DNA of 64,000 bases from a virus, in the IMG/VR virus record IMGVR_UViG_3300027970_000019, positions 7,713 to 71,712 of that record; one strand, written 5' to 3'. Made by a program: the position numbers and the translations under genes. Under the pieces are notes generated by a model. The model was given only the letters and a program-made list of their open reading frames with translations, made no database searches and was not told the origin of the DNA. Below, piece after piece: positions 9,496 through 18,791 of this stretch (positions are counted from its first letter, which is position 1; every line of letters begins with the position of its first letter).

Positions 9496-11184
9496 ATGAT
9501 TTCAATTATTGTTACCGCTTACAAAAATACATCATATATCAAAGAAACATTAGAATCAATCATAAATTCTTGTGGCGATTCGGAATATGAAATACTGATT
9601 GGAATTGATAATTGTATTGAGACAATGAAATTCTTAATGTCAATTAAAAATCAATTATCTGATAAAGTAAAAATATTATTTTTCACTAAAAAAGTAGGCA
9701 CATATATAATCAGAAATACTTTGGTTAAAAACTCTAGTTACGAAAAATTATTGTTTTTTGATTCCGATGATGTTATGACATCAACCTTAGTTTCTAATGT
9801 TGTAAACACATTAGATAATTATGAATATGTAAGGTATCGTTATATTACATTTAGAGATAACTATGTAAATTATATTAACAATACTCCGGTCAATCATTAT
9901 CATGTTGGTACTTTTGGTATCAATAAAAAGGTATTTATGTCATTAAATGGTTTTGAGCCTTGGGATTGTGCTGCGGATGGTGAATTTTTTTGGAGAGTTA
10001 CTGCGAACAAGATTAGAATTGAAACCTTGGATAGTGTTGGTTTATATTATAGGAAACATGGTGAAAGTTTAACATCAAACCCTAGTACTGGTATGAACTC
10101 ACCAATACGAAAATACTATCACGACAAAAAACATAAAAAACAAAGTAATAATAATTTTGGTCCTTTAGATAATTTAGTAATCTCTGACTTTATTCTTTAT
10201 GTGAATGATGACTCATTTTTGTTAGAGTATTTAGTTAGGCCAAAAATATCCATCCTCGTCCCCACATTCAAAAACCCAACAATGTTATCTGAGTGTTTAA
10301 ATAGTATTAGAGGGTACTCTGATTGTGAAATCTTGGTAGGAATTGATGGATGTGAGGAAACATTAGAATATGTTAAGAAAAACAAATACAATGAAGACAT
10401 AAGATTTTTTTATTTTGACAAAAACAACGGACCATATATTGTTAGAAACTCATTAGCCAAAATATCCAATTCAGATATATTACTTTTCTTTGATTCAGAC
10501 GATATAATGAAAGAAAATATGATTTCAGATATATTAGGAAGAATGAGGACAAACGATTTTGTCAAACCAATGTATTCTGATTTTACAAATACACCAAATT
10601 ATAACATTACCAGATCAAACACATATGGTGAAGGTGTCTTTGCAATCAAAAAGGATTTATTTTTATCAATGAATGGATTTGAACCTTGGCCAGTCGCCGC
10701 AGATTCAGATTTTATGGGAAGACTTTATAAAAACAATAAGAAATTCAGTTATACAAATGATGTTGTATTTTATAGGAGAGTACATCCAAATAGTTTAACC
10801 CAAAGAAAAGAAACTGGATTATCATCACCATTAAGAGGTAAATATTACTCAATGAGTAAACGTAAAAGTAATTTTGGTCCATTACAAGAATTGGTGACTA
10901 GTACTTTTAATGAGGTTAATACAAATAAAATATACAATACTGACCCATACATTGAGATCACCCCCAAAAAAGATATTTCCGCAATATTAACTCATCCAAA
11001 AACAATTGATTATGATAGAATCAATGAAATATTAGGAAAGAAACCAGAACAAAAGGTATTGCCAAATCAAAAACCTGAAAAACCTCAAGTCCAACAAAAT
11101 AAACCAATATCAAGGAATGTTGTTAATGACAATAAGAACTTACAACGACATAATTTGGCAAAATTGAGTATTAAGAAAAAATAA
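9496..11184 (+). CDS. tandem two-domain GT2 glycosyltransferase
   Basis: Two copies of ISI.V...EIL.GID...G.YI.RN...FFDSDD...NGFEPW..AAD. Confidence 0.9.
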   Translation: MISIIVTAYKNTSYIKETLESIINSCGDSEYEILIGIDNCIETMKFLMSIKNQLSDKVKILFFTKKVGTYIIRNTLVKNSSYEKLLFFDSDDVMTSTLVSNVVNTLDNYEYVRYRYITFRDNYVNYINNTPVNHYHVGTFGINKKVFMSLNGFEPWDCAADGEFFWRVTANKIRIETLDSVGLYYRKHGESLTSNPSTGMNSPIRKYYHDKKHKKQSNNNFGPLDNLVISDFILYVNDDSFLLEYLVRPKISILVPTFKNPTMLSECLNSIRGYSDCEILVGIDGCEETLEYVKKNKYNEDIRFFYFDKNNGPYIVRNSLAKISNSDILLFFDSDDIMKENMISDILGRMRTNDFVKPMYSDFTNTPNYNITRSNTYGEGVFAIKKDLFLSMNGFEPWPVAADSDFMGRLYKNNKKFSYTNDVVFYRRVHPNSLTQRKETGLSSPLRGKYYSMSKRKSNFGPLQELVTSTFNEVNTNKIYNTDPYIEITPKKDISAILTHPKTIDYDRINEILGKKPEQKVLPNQKPEKPQVQQNKPISRNVVNDNKNLQRHNLAKLSIKKK

Positions 11185-11252
11185 TTCATTCGTTGGAACT
11201 TTGTTTAGTCAATAGTAGTTCTTATATTTGTAACATCAAAAAATAAACAACT

Positions 11253-11957
11253 ATGAACGACTTAATCAAAATTGCCGTTGTTGCTCTTATCGTATATTTT
11301 GTTTGGGATTATATGAAAGAAAAGAAACTCACATTGTCTGAAATGTTTGTGATTCATCCCCACAATTCATTTAACCAACCAACAAACCCAATTGCTATTA
11401 CAATTAATAATCAAAAGGAAATTGACAATAATAATATCAATAATGAATATGTTGTTGATAATAAAACTCAAGTTGAAACGATAAATCATTCTGAGTTTCC
11501 AAATAAAACAATTGTTATCAAATCTTTGGGGAATGTTGATTATAGTGATATTACTGATGCCGTTAGGATTATCAAAGGTTTTTATGGATTTAATTGTATT
11601 ATTGGAGATAATGAACCGATAAGTGATGATATGTACATAAAAGGTGCGAATCATATCCTTAATGCCGATATTTGTTTGAATAAACTTTTTAGTCAACAAA
11701 ATGTTCTATATATTGTTGATAAAGAATTATGGGCTAGAGGTGATTATTTAAGAGGTTATGCCGCAGTGAATGGTGGGACTGCTATAGTTAGAGGTGAAAA
11801 ATCTTTCCTCCAAGAAACTATCATTCACGAATTGGGTCATACATTAGGTTTAGGTCATTGTGGTGATTTATCTTGTGTTATGGCGATAGATAATGATGTG
11901 TATGATAGTGGTAATTTTTGTAAAAATTGTAAAAGAAGACTAAACATCTATGAGTAA
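11253..11957 (+). CDS. archaemetzincin-like zinc metalloprotease with N-terminal TM
   Basis: HELGHTLGLGHC....CVM.......FCKNC. Confidence 0.85.
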   Translation: MNDLIKIAVVALIVYFVWDYMKEKKLTLSEMFVIHPHNSFNQPTNPIAITINNQKEIDNNNINNEYVVDNKTQVETINHSEFPNKTIVIKSLGNVDYSDITDAVRIIKGFYGFNCIIGDNEPISDDMYIKGANHILNADICLNKLFSQQNVLYIVDKELWARGDYLRGYAAVNGGTAIVRGEKSFLQETIIHELGHTLGLGHCGDLSCVMAIDNDVYDSGNFCKNCKRRLNIYE

Positions 11958-12333
11958 AAAATCTATAAATGAAAAACTCCGTGATCATTATGAAAAACAC
12001 GGTATTATCAAATTGAACAAGATGTCTTCAATCTCAGTTAAAGACCTGTGTGAGATGTTGGACTTAAACTTTAAGGTATTTGAGGATATTGAATTCAGAC
12101 CCCATCCATATATTGGAGGTGTTGTAAGTAGAATTATGTTTGACAATGGGTATGGAGCTTCAGTAGTGTGTAATGAAAGTTCATATGGTGGACAAAAAGG
12201 GTTATATGAATTAGACGTACTTGACAAAGATGGAAAACTTACTTATGGTACACCAATTACTAGTGATGTTGTAGGTAATCTAACACCAGAAGAAGTAACA
12301 AATATATTAATTCAAATACAAGATTTAAAATAA
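11950..12333 (+). CDS. conserved phage hypothetical protein
   Basis: FDNGYGASVV...SYGG..GLYEL motif. Confidence 0.65.
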   Translation: MSKKSINEKLRDHYEKHGIIKLNKMSSISVKDLCEMLDLNFKVFEDIEFRPHPYIGGVVSRIMFDNGYGASVVCNESSYGGQKGLYELDVLDKDGKLTYGTPITSDVVGNLTPEEVTNILIQIQDLK

Positions 12334-12336
12334 CCC

Positions 12337-12365
12337 TTGACAACCTCAATCTAATATTCTATACT
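12337..12365 (+). promoter_or_regulatory. housekeeping-sigma-type promoter
   Basis: TTGACA-N17-TATACT upstream of 12392 gene. Confidence 0.65.
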
Positions 12366-12391
12366 TTCAAAACAAATTAAATAAAAAGATT

Positions 12392-13795
12392 ATGAACTTC
12401 TTAGACGCATTACAAACAGAAGACACATTTACTGAAAATGGTATGGTTACAAATTCATCAACTCTTAATGAGTGTGTGAATTTATTCTTCACCATTGGAG
12501 CAATGAGAGGACAAGACAAACAAAGATTGTTGAGTAATTTCTCAAAGGCATTTAATGAAAATCCATTGACTGCGATGCGTATTCTATTTTGGTCAAGAGA
12601 TGTTCGTGGAGGTGCTGGTGAAAGACAAATATTCCGTGATATAATCCAATTCTTAGCAGAAACGGATTCAGAAGTATTGGCAAAGAACATTAAGTTCATC
12701 CCAGAATTCGGTCGTTGGGACGATTTAACTGTCCTATTCAACACCAAAGTGAATAACGATGCGATGGCGACAATAATCCAGGGATTAGAATCCCGTAATG
12801 GATTGTGTGCAAAGTGGATGCCAAGAAAAGGGGTTATATTTAACTCCATCAGAAAGGCTATGGGTCTGACACCAAAATCTTTACGTAAAATGTTGGTTGA
12901 ACTTTCCAACACCGTAGAACAAAAGATGTGTGCAAATGAGTGGTCAAATATTGAATACTCTAAACTACCATCTTTATCTATGGGAAGATATTCAAAAGCG
13001 TTTCCAAAACACGATAGTCTTGGGTTTGGTCAATATATTCTCGCCCTTAAAAATGGTGAGACTAAGGTAAATGCAAGTGCAGTTTATCCTTATGATGTTG
13101 TCAAAACCTTGAACTTAGGTAATAGAGAATTAGCTATTGAACAATGGAAAGCTCTTCCAAATTTTATGGAAGGATGTACCGAAAGAATACTACCTGTTGT
13201 GGATGTTTCAGGATCTATGATTAGCAGTGTTGGTGGAAACGCCAATGTTACTTGTATGGATGTTGCAATATCATTGGGATTGTATATTTCTGAGAGAAAT
13301 GAGGGTGTATTCAAAGATAGTTTTATTACTTTCTCTGAAAAACCTGAACTACAAAAACTAAGTGGTGATTTGTATCAAAGATATACACAACTTAGTCGTT
13401 CTGATTGGGGTATGAGTACAAACCTTGAGAAAGTGTTTAGAGTAATCCTTGGTCAGGCAGTGAAACATAATGTCTCTGAGAATGAAATGCCAACGAAAAT
13501 CCTTATCTTGTCTGATATGGAATTTAATCAAGCAACAAACCTACCTTTAACTGCAATGCAGATGATTCGTAGGGAGTACGAACAACACGGATACACTTTA
13601 CCTAGTATCGTTTATTGGAATATTCAATCAAGAAATAAGAACTTCCCAGTTCGTTTCGATGAAAAGGGAACATCATTGATTTCTGGTTTGAGTCCTGCAA
13701 TAATGAAATCAGTTTTGGTAGGAAATATTGATTCACCAGAATCAATTATGAATATCACGATTGACTCAGATAGATACAAGATGTTAGTAATCTAA
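12392..13795 (+). CDS. ROT/TROVE-like plus vWA protein (DUF2828-like, Ro60-related)
   Basis: TENG, RDVRGGAGER, GRWDDL, AKWMPR; vWA MIDAS VVDVSGSM; ILSDMEF; YWN. Confidence 0.85.
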   Translation: MNFLDALQTEDTFTENGMVTNSSTLNECVNLFFTIGAMRGQDKQRLLSNFSKAFNENPLTAMRILFWSRDVRGGAGERQIFRDIIQFLAETDSEVLAKNIKFIPEFGRWDDLTVLFNTKVNNDAMATIIQGLESRNGLCAKWMPRKGVIFNSIRKAMGLTPKSLRKMLVELSNTVEQKMCANEWSNIEYSKLPSLSMGRYSKAFPKHDSLGFGQYILALKNGETKVNASAVYPYDVVKTLNLGNRELAIEQWKALPNFMEGCTERILPVVDVSGSMISSVGGNANVTCMDVAISLGLYISERNEGVFKDSFITFSEKPELQKLSGDLYQRYTQLSRSDWGMSTNLEKVFRVILGQAVKHNVSENEMPTKILILSDMEFNQATNLPLTAMQMIRREYEQHGYTLPSIVYWNIQSRNKNFPVRFDEKGTSLISGLSPAIMKSVLVGNIDSPESIMNITIDSDRYKMLVI

Positions 13796-13801
13796 CAATA
13801 T

Positions 13802-13936
13802 GGAAAAATTGGTTTATAAGGAATGATTCCTGCAAATCTAACTACAATCAATAACTAGAATCGAGATGGTTAAACTCACTTCTCCCACCAAGGAGATAAA
13901 TTTTTAACCAAAACCCATTCTGAAACCAATTTTTCC
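13802..13936 (+). ncRNA. structured repeat RNA copy 1 (Y-RNA-like hairpin)
   Basis: 14-bp stem GGAAAAATTGGTTT/AAACCAATTTTTCC, ATAA/G internal loop, GGAATG/CATTCT, TTCCTGCAAA motif. Confidence 0.7.
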
Positions 13937-13987
13937 TATTTTTTTCTTGACTTAATGAAACTTTTTATCTAATTTTACGTTATATAT

Positions 13988-14054
13988 TGTACAAGGGATA
14001 GTTCCAGCAAATTAAAAATCAAATTATAGGAATTTTGAAAAACCTATCCTGACA
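13988..14054 (+). ncRNA. structured repeat RNA copy 2
   Basis: TGT/ACA, ACAA/G loop, GGGATAG/CTATCCT, TTCCAGCAAA. Confidence 0.65.
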
Positions 14055-14060
14055 TTTTAC

Positions 14061-14127
14061 TGGTTATAAAGAATGAGTTCAGCAAACTAAAACAAATCCA
14101 AATTGTAAAAAAAATCATTCTGAACCA
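14061..14127 (+). ncRNA. structured repeat RNA copy 3
   Basis: TGGTT/AACCA, ATAA/G loop, AGAATGA/TCATTCT, GTTCAGCAAA. Confidence 0.7.
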
Positions 14128-14170
14128 AACTTTTTAATAAATTACAAATACTTATAAACAAATACAAATA

Positions 14171-14266
14171 ATGAAACGCTCAAATAAACATAATGTAATA
14201 TCAATTCAACCGCAATTTAGCAATTGCTGGATTGGTAATATCTATGGTTTGGGTATAGTAAGTTAA
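14171..14266 (+). CDS. attenuator leader peptide 1 (MKRSNKHNVISIQPQFSNCWIGNIYGLGIVS)
   Basis: A-rich start context; ends 27 nt before a terminator; contains antiterminator strand. Confidence 0.75.
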   Translation: MKRSNKHNVISIQPQFSNCWIGNIYGLGIVS

Positions 14267-14292
14267 TTTTACATTTTATTATTTTTCATAAT

Positions 14293-14328
14293 AAAAACCC
14301 TGAACCGAAAAAGTTCAGGGTTTTTTTT
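14293..14328 (+). terminator. attenuator terminator 1
   Basis: AAAAACCCTGAAC/GTTCAGGGTTTTT plus T-run; 5' arm can pair alternatively with GGTTTGGGT 14246-14254. Confidence 0.85.
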
Positions 14329-14357
14329 GTTCATTGACATCGTTGGTAAAAATATAA

Positions 14358-14430
14358 TCCCCCTTGGTATAAAGGTTGATTACATCAGATTTTGATTCTG
14401 AAAATGGTGGTTCAATTCCATCAGGGGGAA
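14358..14430 (+). tRNA. tRNA-Gln(TTG)
   Basis: Cloverleaf TCCCCCT/AGGGGGA; tcaga-ttTTGat-tctga. Confidence 0.9.
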
Positions 14431-14561
14431 CAAAAAAAAATATCAAATCTTGGAACTAATAGGATGTGATATTGGTTTTAATAAAAGAGTAAGGAAAGGT
14501 CGTAGGTAGCACTGTCCACAGCCAGCCTTAAACGTGGTGGATACTTACTCTAAATTTTTAT

Positions 14562-14598
14562 GGTGATGTTGCCAAGTTGGTCAAGGCGAACGACTGAA
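14562..14598 (+). pseudogene. 5' half of tRNA-Phe(GAA), truncated
   Basis: GGTGATG TT GCC AAGTTGGTCAA GGC G AACGA CTGAA then unrelated sequence; no 3' half found. Confidence 0.65.
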
Positions 14599-14892
14599 GT
14601 GGTGGTGACCCACACGATTCATATGGTGAAGAAATTTTTGATGGTATTAAAATAATTCTTAATAAATAAAATCTAATGTTATGTTGATGTTTTATTCAAT
14701 TTTTTTCCTTATCATTGCCTTGGTATTATTGATAATCTGGGTAACCAAAAGAAGTTCTGATTTATTATTGATTTCAATCGTTTTCTTTTTGGTTGTTATG
14801 TTGGGTTTTATTTATACGTTTTTTGTTTAAATATATGTAGGTTCGAGTAGGTTTTTCCGTACTATCAATATATTTATATATAAAATAGATAT

Positions 14893-15681
14893 ATGAAAGA
14901 ACTATACAAAGGACACTACCAAAATGTTTTAAGAGGTCAAAAATTAGCAACTGAAGCTGCTAAGTTGAAATCTGATAAGGTAAAAGAAGAGTATAATAAA
15001 ACCCCTAATAAATGTACGAATTGTGGGAATGATTTGACTTATCCTCAAAGACATAACAAGTTTTGTTGTAGTTCTTGTGCCGCAAGTTTTAACAATAAAA
15101 ATAGAGGTGGACATAAGGAAGAAACTAAGATTAAAATTTCAAAGAAACTTGAGGGGAGAACTTTAAGTCCTGAACATAAAGAGAAGTCCATTAAATCCCT
15201 TCAACGAGTGGTCAAACAAAGACACGATGAGGGTTATGAAAGATTCTTAAACAAAAAGACAGGAAAAAATTGTGTTATATGTAACACAGAAATTACTTAC
15301 GAAAATAGATTTAGAAAAACTTGTTCAGATGAGTGTCAAATAAAAAGTAAAACAAACAGAAAATACTTGAATGGTAGTAGAAAAACAATAAACTACAATG
15401 GTATTATTTTGGAATCAAGTTGGGAATTAAAATTAGCAGAATGGTTGGATGAGTATAAGATTAAATGGATAAGACCAGAACCAATTAAATGGGTTTTAGA
15501 TGGTAAAAACAAACTTTATTATCCTGACTTTTATCTACCAGATTTCAACTTGTATCTAGATCCAAAAAATCCATATTGTATGGATAAGGATAGGGTGAAA
15601 ATGGAAATTGTATCAAAAGAAATTAATATTATTTTTGGCGATATTGATTATGTAATTACTAAATTAGGGGATGTGGTGTAA
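14893..15681 (+). CDS. free-standing homing endonuclease (Zn ribbon, NUMOD3, PD-(D/E)XK)
   Basis: CxxC pairs, HKEETKIKISKKL, SSWE...YYPDFYL...YLDPK; stop codon lies inside tRNA-Pro. Confidence 0.8.
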   Translation: MKELYKGHYQNVLRGQKLATEAAKLKSDKVKEEYNKTPNKCTNCGNDLTYPQRHNKFCCSSCAASFNNKNRGGHKEETKIKISKKLEGRTLSPEHKEKSIKSLQRVVKQRHDEGYERFLNKKTGKNCVICNTEITYENRFRKTCSDECQIKSKTNRKYLNGSRKTINYNGIILESSWELKLAEWLDEYKIKWIRPEPIKWVLDGKNKLYYPDFYLPDFNLYLDPKNPYCMDKDRVKMEIVSKEINIIFGDIDYVITKLGDVV

Positions 15682-15738
15682 CTCGGTTAGCATACTTCGT
15701 TTGGGACGAAGAGGAGGCGTTCAAATCGCACATCCCCA
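15667..15738 (+). tRNA. tRNA-Pro(TGG)
   Basis: GGGGATG/CATCCCC; cttcg-ttTGGga-cgaag; imperfect T stem. Confidence 0.8.
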
Positions 15739-15746
15739 ACACAATA

Positions 15747-15820
15747 GGTTTTATAGCTCAATTGGTTAGAGCTTTCCGCTCATAACGGAGGGGTTCCAGG
15801 TTCGAGTCCTGGTAGAACCA
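15747..15820 (+). tRNA. tRNA(CAT), likely Ile2
   Basis: GGTTTTA/TAGAACC; ctCATaa loop; body resembles Ile2 tRNAs (TAGCTCAATTGGTTAGAGC). Confidence 0.8.
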
Positions 15821-15903
15821 CAAAAAAATATTCAACACTTGAAACTTTTTATTCTTTGGTGTGGTTTATATAATTGAAGTTTGAATCATAAAAAAATAAC
15901 ACT

Positions 15904-16158
15904 ATGTACAGCACACAATTAATTTACACTAAAGAAGTTATTAAATATTTCAAAGATGGTGTTGAAGTTACACCAGAAACATATAATGAAAAATTGTTTT
16001 TTACTTTATATGGTGAAACTAAAGTTATAAAAACTGAAAAGATAGTGGAAGAATGGAAAGTGAAAACAAAAAAAGAGGTTAATTTAAAATTCAATAATTG
16101 GATTAACGAAAACAATGTGAGTATAAGTGATTACCACCTTGTTTATGTAAATAAATAA
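15904..16158 (+). CDS. hypothetical protein
   Basis: ORF track; GAAAC-N17-GGTT motif upstream. Confidence 0.6.
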   Translation: MYSTQLIYTKEVIKYFKDGVEVTPETYNEKLFFTLYGETKVIKTEKIVEEWKVKTKKEVNLKFNNWINENNVSISDYHLVYVNK

Positions 16159-16182
16159 AGTTCTGTCACCCATACAATAATA

Positions 16183-16259
16183 CGGCAAGTATACCCTCGT
16201 GCTGATACCACGTAGAAAGGTTAATTGGTTACATATAGGTTCGATTCCTATCTTGCCGA
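16183..16259 (+). tRNA. non-canonical tRNA-Ile(GAT)-like RNA lacking a D-arm
   Basis: CGGCAAG/CTTGCCG-A, perfect T arm, CGTG-ctGATac-CACG, D-loop-like AATTGGTTA placed after anticodon arm. Confidence 0.6.
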
Positions 16260-16321
16260 CATAGATTAAAAGTCAATTGTTCGAATGTGATATATTTATA
16301 TATAATAAAATATTACATAAA

Positions 16322-16939
16322 ATGAAAAGTTGTGAAAATTGTAGTTTAGAACACGATGGTACATATGGTTCTGGTAGATTTTGTTGTTCAAAGTGTGCTA
16401 GAAGTTTCAGTACTAAAAATAAAAGAAATGAGATTAATCGAAAGGTTTCGAAATCACTTGCTGGCAGGGGACATGGAAAAATAAAATTAATTTGTGAAAA
16501 TTGTAAAAATCAATTTGAAGTTAATTGGACTAAACGAAATCAAAAGACGTGTTCATTTAGTTGTAGTTCTTCACTTAAATGGGAAAACGAAGATTATAAA
16601 AGAAAGATGTCTATCATTAATTCAAATAATGCTTATGAAAGACATAAAAATGATGATAAAACTTTTGGTTGGAAAACTAGGAAAAAGTTAGAACCATCTT
16701 ACCCCGAAAAGGTGGCTATGAGAGTTTTAGATTCTTTAAATATTCAATACGAATATGAAATGCCATTAGAAAGATATTATGTTGACTTTGCAATACACGA
16801 TAGAAAAATTGCTATCGAAATAGATGGTAAACAACATGATAAGCCTGAACGAATCATAACTGATAAACTTAAAGATAAACTTTTGATTAAAAATGGGTGG
16901 GATTTTTCTTTTAAAATTTTCAACCGAAATGTTAATTAG
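16322..16939 (+). CDS. homing endonuclease, Vsr/DUF559-like, C-terminus disrupted
   Basis: Zn ribbons; SYPE...YYVDFAI...IEIDGKQH...D..L...GW then abrupt unrelated tail. Confidence 0.75.
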   Translation: MKSCENCSLEHDGTYGSGRFCCSKCARSFSTKNKRNEINRKVSKSLAGRGHGKIKLICENCKNQFEVNWTKRNQKTCSFSCSSSLKWENEDYKRKMSIINSNNAYERHKNDDKTFGWKTRKKLEPSYPEKVAMRVLDSLNIQYEYEMPLERYYVDFAIHDRKIAIEIDGKQHDKPERIITDKLKDKLLIKNGWDFSFKIFNRNVN

Positions 16940-16960
16940 AACGATGAACGGAACACTTAC

Positions 16961-17083
16961 ACATAACGGATGCAAATATAAAACGTTTATTAACGAAAAC
17001 TTAAATTGAAAAACAGAATTTAAAATATAAACCAATAACAAATTTGGAACACTGAAATAAATGTTTTATATTTGTTGTTATAA
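16961..17083 (+). mobile_element. attC-like palindromic cassette recombination site
   Basis: ACATAAC ... GTTATAA ends; 19-bp inverted repeat 16973-16991/17056-17074. Confidence 0.55.
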
Positions 17084-17118
17084 GTATGTATTATTTTTTA
17101 ACATAAAACTTAAATAGA

Positions 17119-17877
17119 ATGGAAGAACTTAAAATTTGGCTTGAAGGTTTTATTAGCCATACTGAAAAGAAAATTGAAAATATGAAACGAGTTGTTCCAG
17201 ATCATAGGAACATTAAAAGATTTGAAGGTGAAGTTAGTATGGCTAAGAAAAATCAAGACGTAAAATTTGCTGTTGACTTAAAAACAACTTACAGGAAGAA
17301 AAGCGGAGTTTCTAGTTTTACTTTGGGAAGTCACGGAAGTTATTTCAAAGAAAGGGACAAAAAGAAAAATATTCAGTTTCCCTACAATCAATATTTAGCA
17401 CATTTTTGTTTGGGTGTAATTTACACAAGAACAGACTTGGCTGATGATGCTTCTGAAACAGAAATTTATCAAGTTCAAGAACTTCAAGAAGAATACGAAA
17501 CGCCTAACCAAAAAGTAGGAGAAAGAGAAGTAGCAACCGTTAAAAATTTAAAATCAATTACATCAGTGATTAAAGATTTTGACTTTTTTGTCGCAGAGAA
17601 ATGGAAAATTGCGAGTGACAAACAAGGTTTGGGAAATACTGCAAATATCGGTGCTACACTTAGCATTGACGATTTAAGAAGTGAAAATGGAATTTTTAGC
17701 CAACTAGGTGAAGAATGGTTTGATGAATATTGGATAAATCACGGTTCTGCAACAATGGTAAAAGATGGTAAGCCAACAAAAATTACCACTCTTAAAGACT
17801 TTTTAGAATTTAAAGGTAGGACAGACTTATGGGATAAGATAGTAAAGTGTTCAACTTTAAAAAAGGATGCCGAATGA
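17119..17877 (+). CDS. chimeric, N-truncated EcoRV-family restriction endonuclease
   Basis: KFAVDLKTTY...FTLGSHGSYF...KNIQFPYNQYLAHFCLGVIYTR matches EcoRV; the upstream PD motif is missing. Confidence 0.8.
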   Translation: MEELKIWLEGFISHTEKKIENMKRVVPDHRNIKRFEGEVSMAKKNQDVKFAVDLKTTYRKKSGVSSFTLGSHGSYFKERDKKKNIQFPYNQYLAHFCLGVIYTRTDLADDASETEIYQVQELQEEYETPNQKVGEREVATVKNLKSITSVIKDFDFFVAEKWKIASDKQGLGNTANIGATLSIDDLRSENGIFSQLGEEWFDEYWINHGSATMVKDGKPTKITTLKDFLEFKGRTDLWDKIVKCSTLKKDAE

Positions 17878-18791
17878 AAGTAATTGTTCCACCAATAAAA
17901 AGTCAGGGCATAAAAACCAAGCTAGTTCCTTGGATTATGGAACTTGCACCAAAGGTTCAAGGTAAATGGATAGAACCATTTCTTGGAACTGGTGTAGTTG
18001 CGTTTAATTCGGGTTACAAAAAAGCGATTTTAAACGATACAAATCCTCATATTATCAATTTTTATAAAGGTATTCAGGCAAAAGAAATTACTGCACCTTT
18101 GATGAAACACTATCTTGAACAAGAAGGAGCGATTTTAAGTGAAGCCGACAATAATGGTTATGAGCATTATTTAAAAGTTCGTTCTCGTTTCAATGCTGGA
18201 GAATTTTCACCTTACGATTTTATTTTCCTTTCAAGAGCAGGATTTAATGGAATGATGAGATTTAACAACAAAGGTCATTGGAATATTCCATTCTGTAAAA
18301 AACCAGAACGTTTTGCTCAAGCATACGTGACAAAAATCACAAATCAAGTTGCAACGGTTTCTCAAATCATTCAAACTGAGCCTGACTGGACTTTTCACAA
18401 CAAATCATTTGCTGACATAATACCTTTAGCTACTGAAAACGACATTATTTATTGCGACCCACCATATTACGGCAGACACGTTGACTATTTTAACGGTTGG
18501 ACAGAACAAGACGAAGAACTTCTATTCAATTTATTAAGTGAAACAAAAGCAAAATTTATTCTTTCAACTTGGCATCATAACGACTGGCGACAAAATGAAA
18601 TGATTGAAAAATTTTGGAGTAAATTTAATGTAGTCACAAAAGACCATTTTTATCATAATGGCGGTAGTATTGAAAATAGACGGACAGTTGTTGAAGCATT
18701 AGTCTGCAACTTTAATACAGACCATTTTGACCAACACAATCACGGTCAGAAAGAAAAAATAAAATTATATGACGAATGTAAAAATTGGTGA
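17874..18791 (+). CDS. Dam-family N6-adenine methyltransferase (M.EcoRV-like)
   Basis: PPIKSQGIKTKL, EPFLGTGVV, FNGMMRFN, YCDPPY. Confidence 0.92.
   Translation: MKVIVPPIKSQGIKTKLVPWIMELAPKVQGKWIEPFLGTGVVAFNSGYKKAILNDTNPHIINFYKGIQAKEITAPLMKHYLEQEGAILSEADNNGYEHYLKVRSRFNAGEFSPYDFIFLSRAGFNGMMRFNNKGHWNIPFCKKPERFAQAYVTKITNQVATVSQIIQTEPDWTFHNKSFADIIPLATENDIIYCDPPYYGRHVDYFNGWTEQDEELLFNLLSETKAKFILSTWHHNDWRQNEMIEKFWSKFNVVTKDHFYHNGGSIENRRTVVEALVCNFNTDHFDQHNHGQKEKIKLYDECKNW

Noticed and set aside
13802-14127. CRISPR array or simple direct repeats
   Set aside because: Units conserve pairing, not identical repeats with spacers; no cas genes in the window.
14493-14515. SRP RNA helix 8 (AGG..AGCA)
   Set aside because: Spacing two nt short and no GNRA-capped stem.
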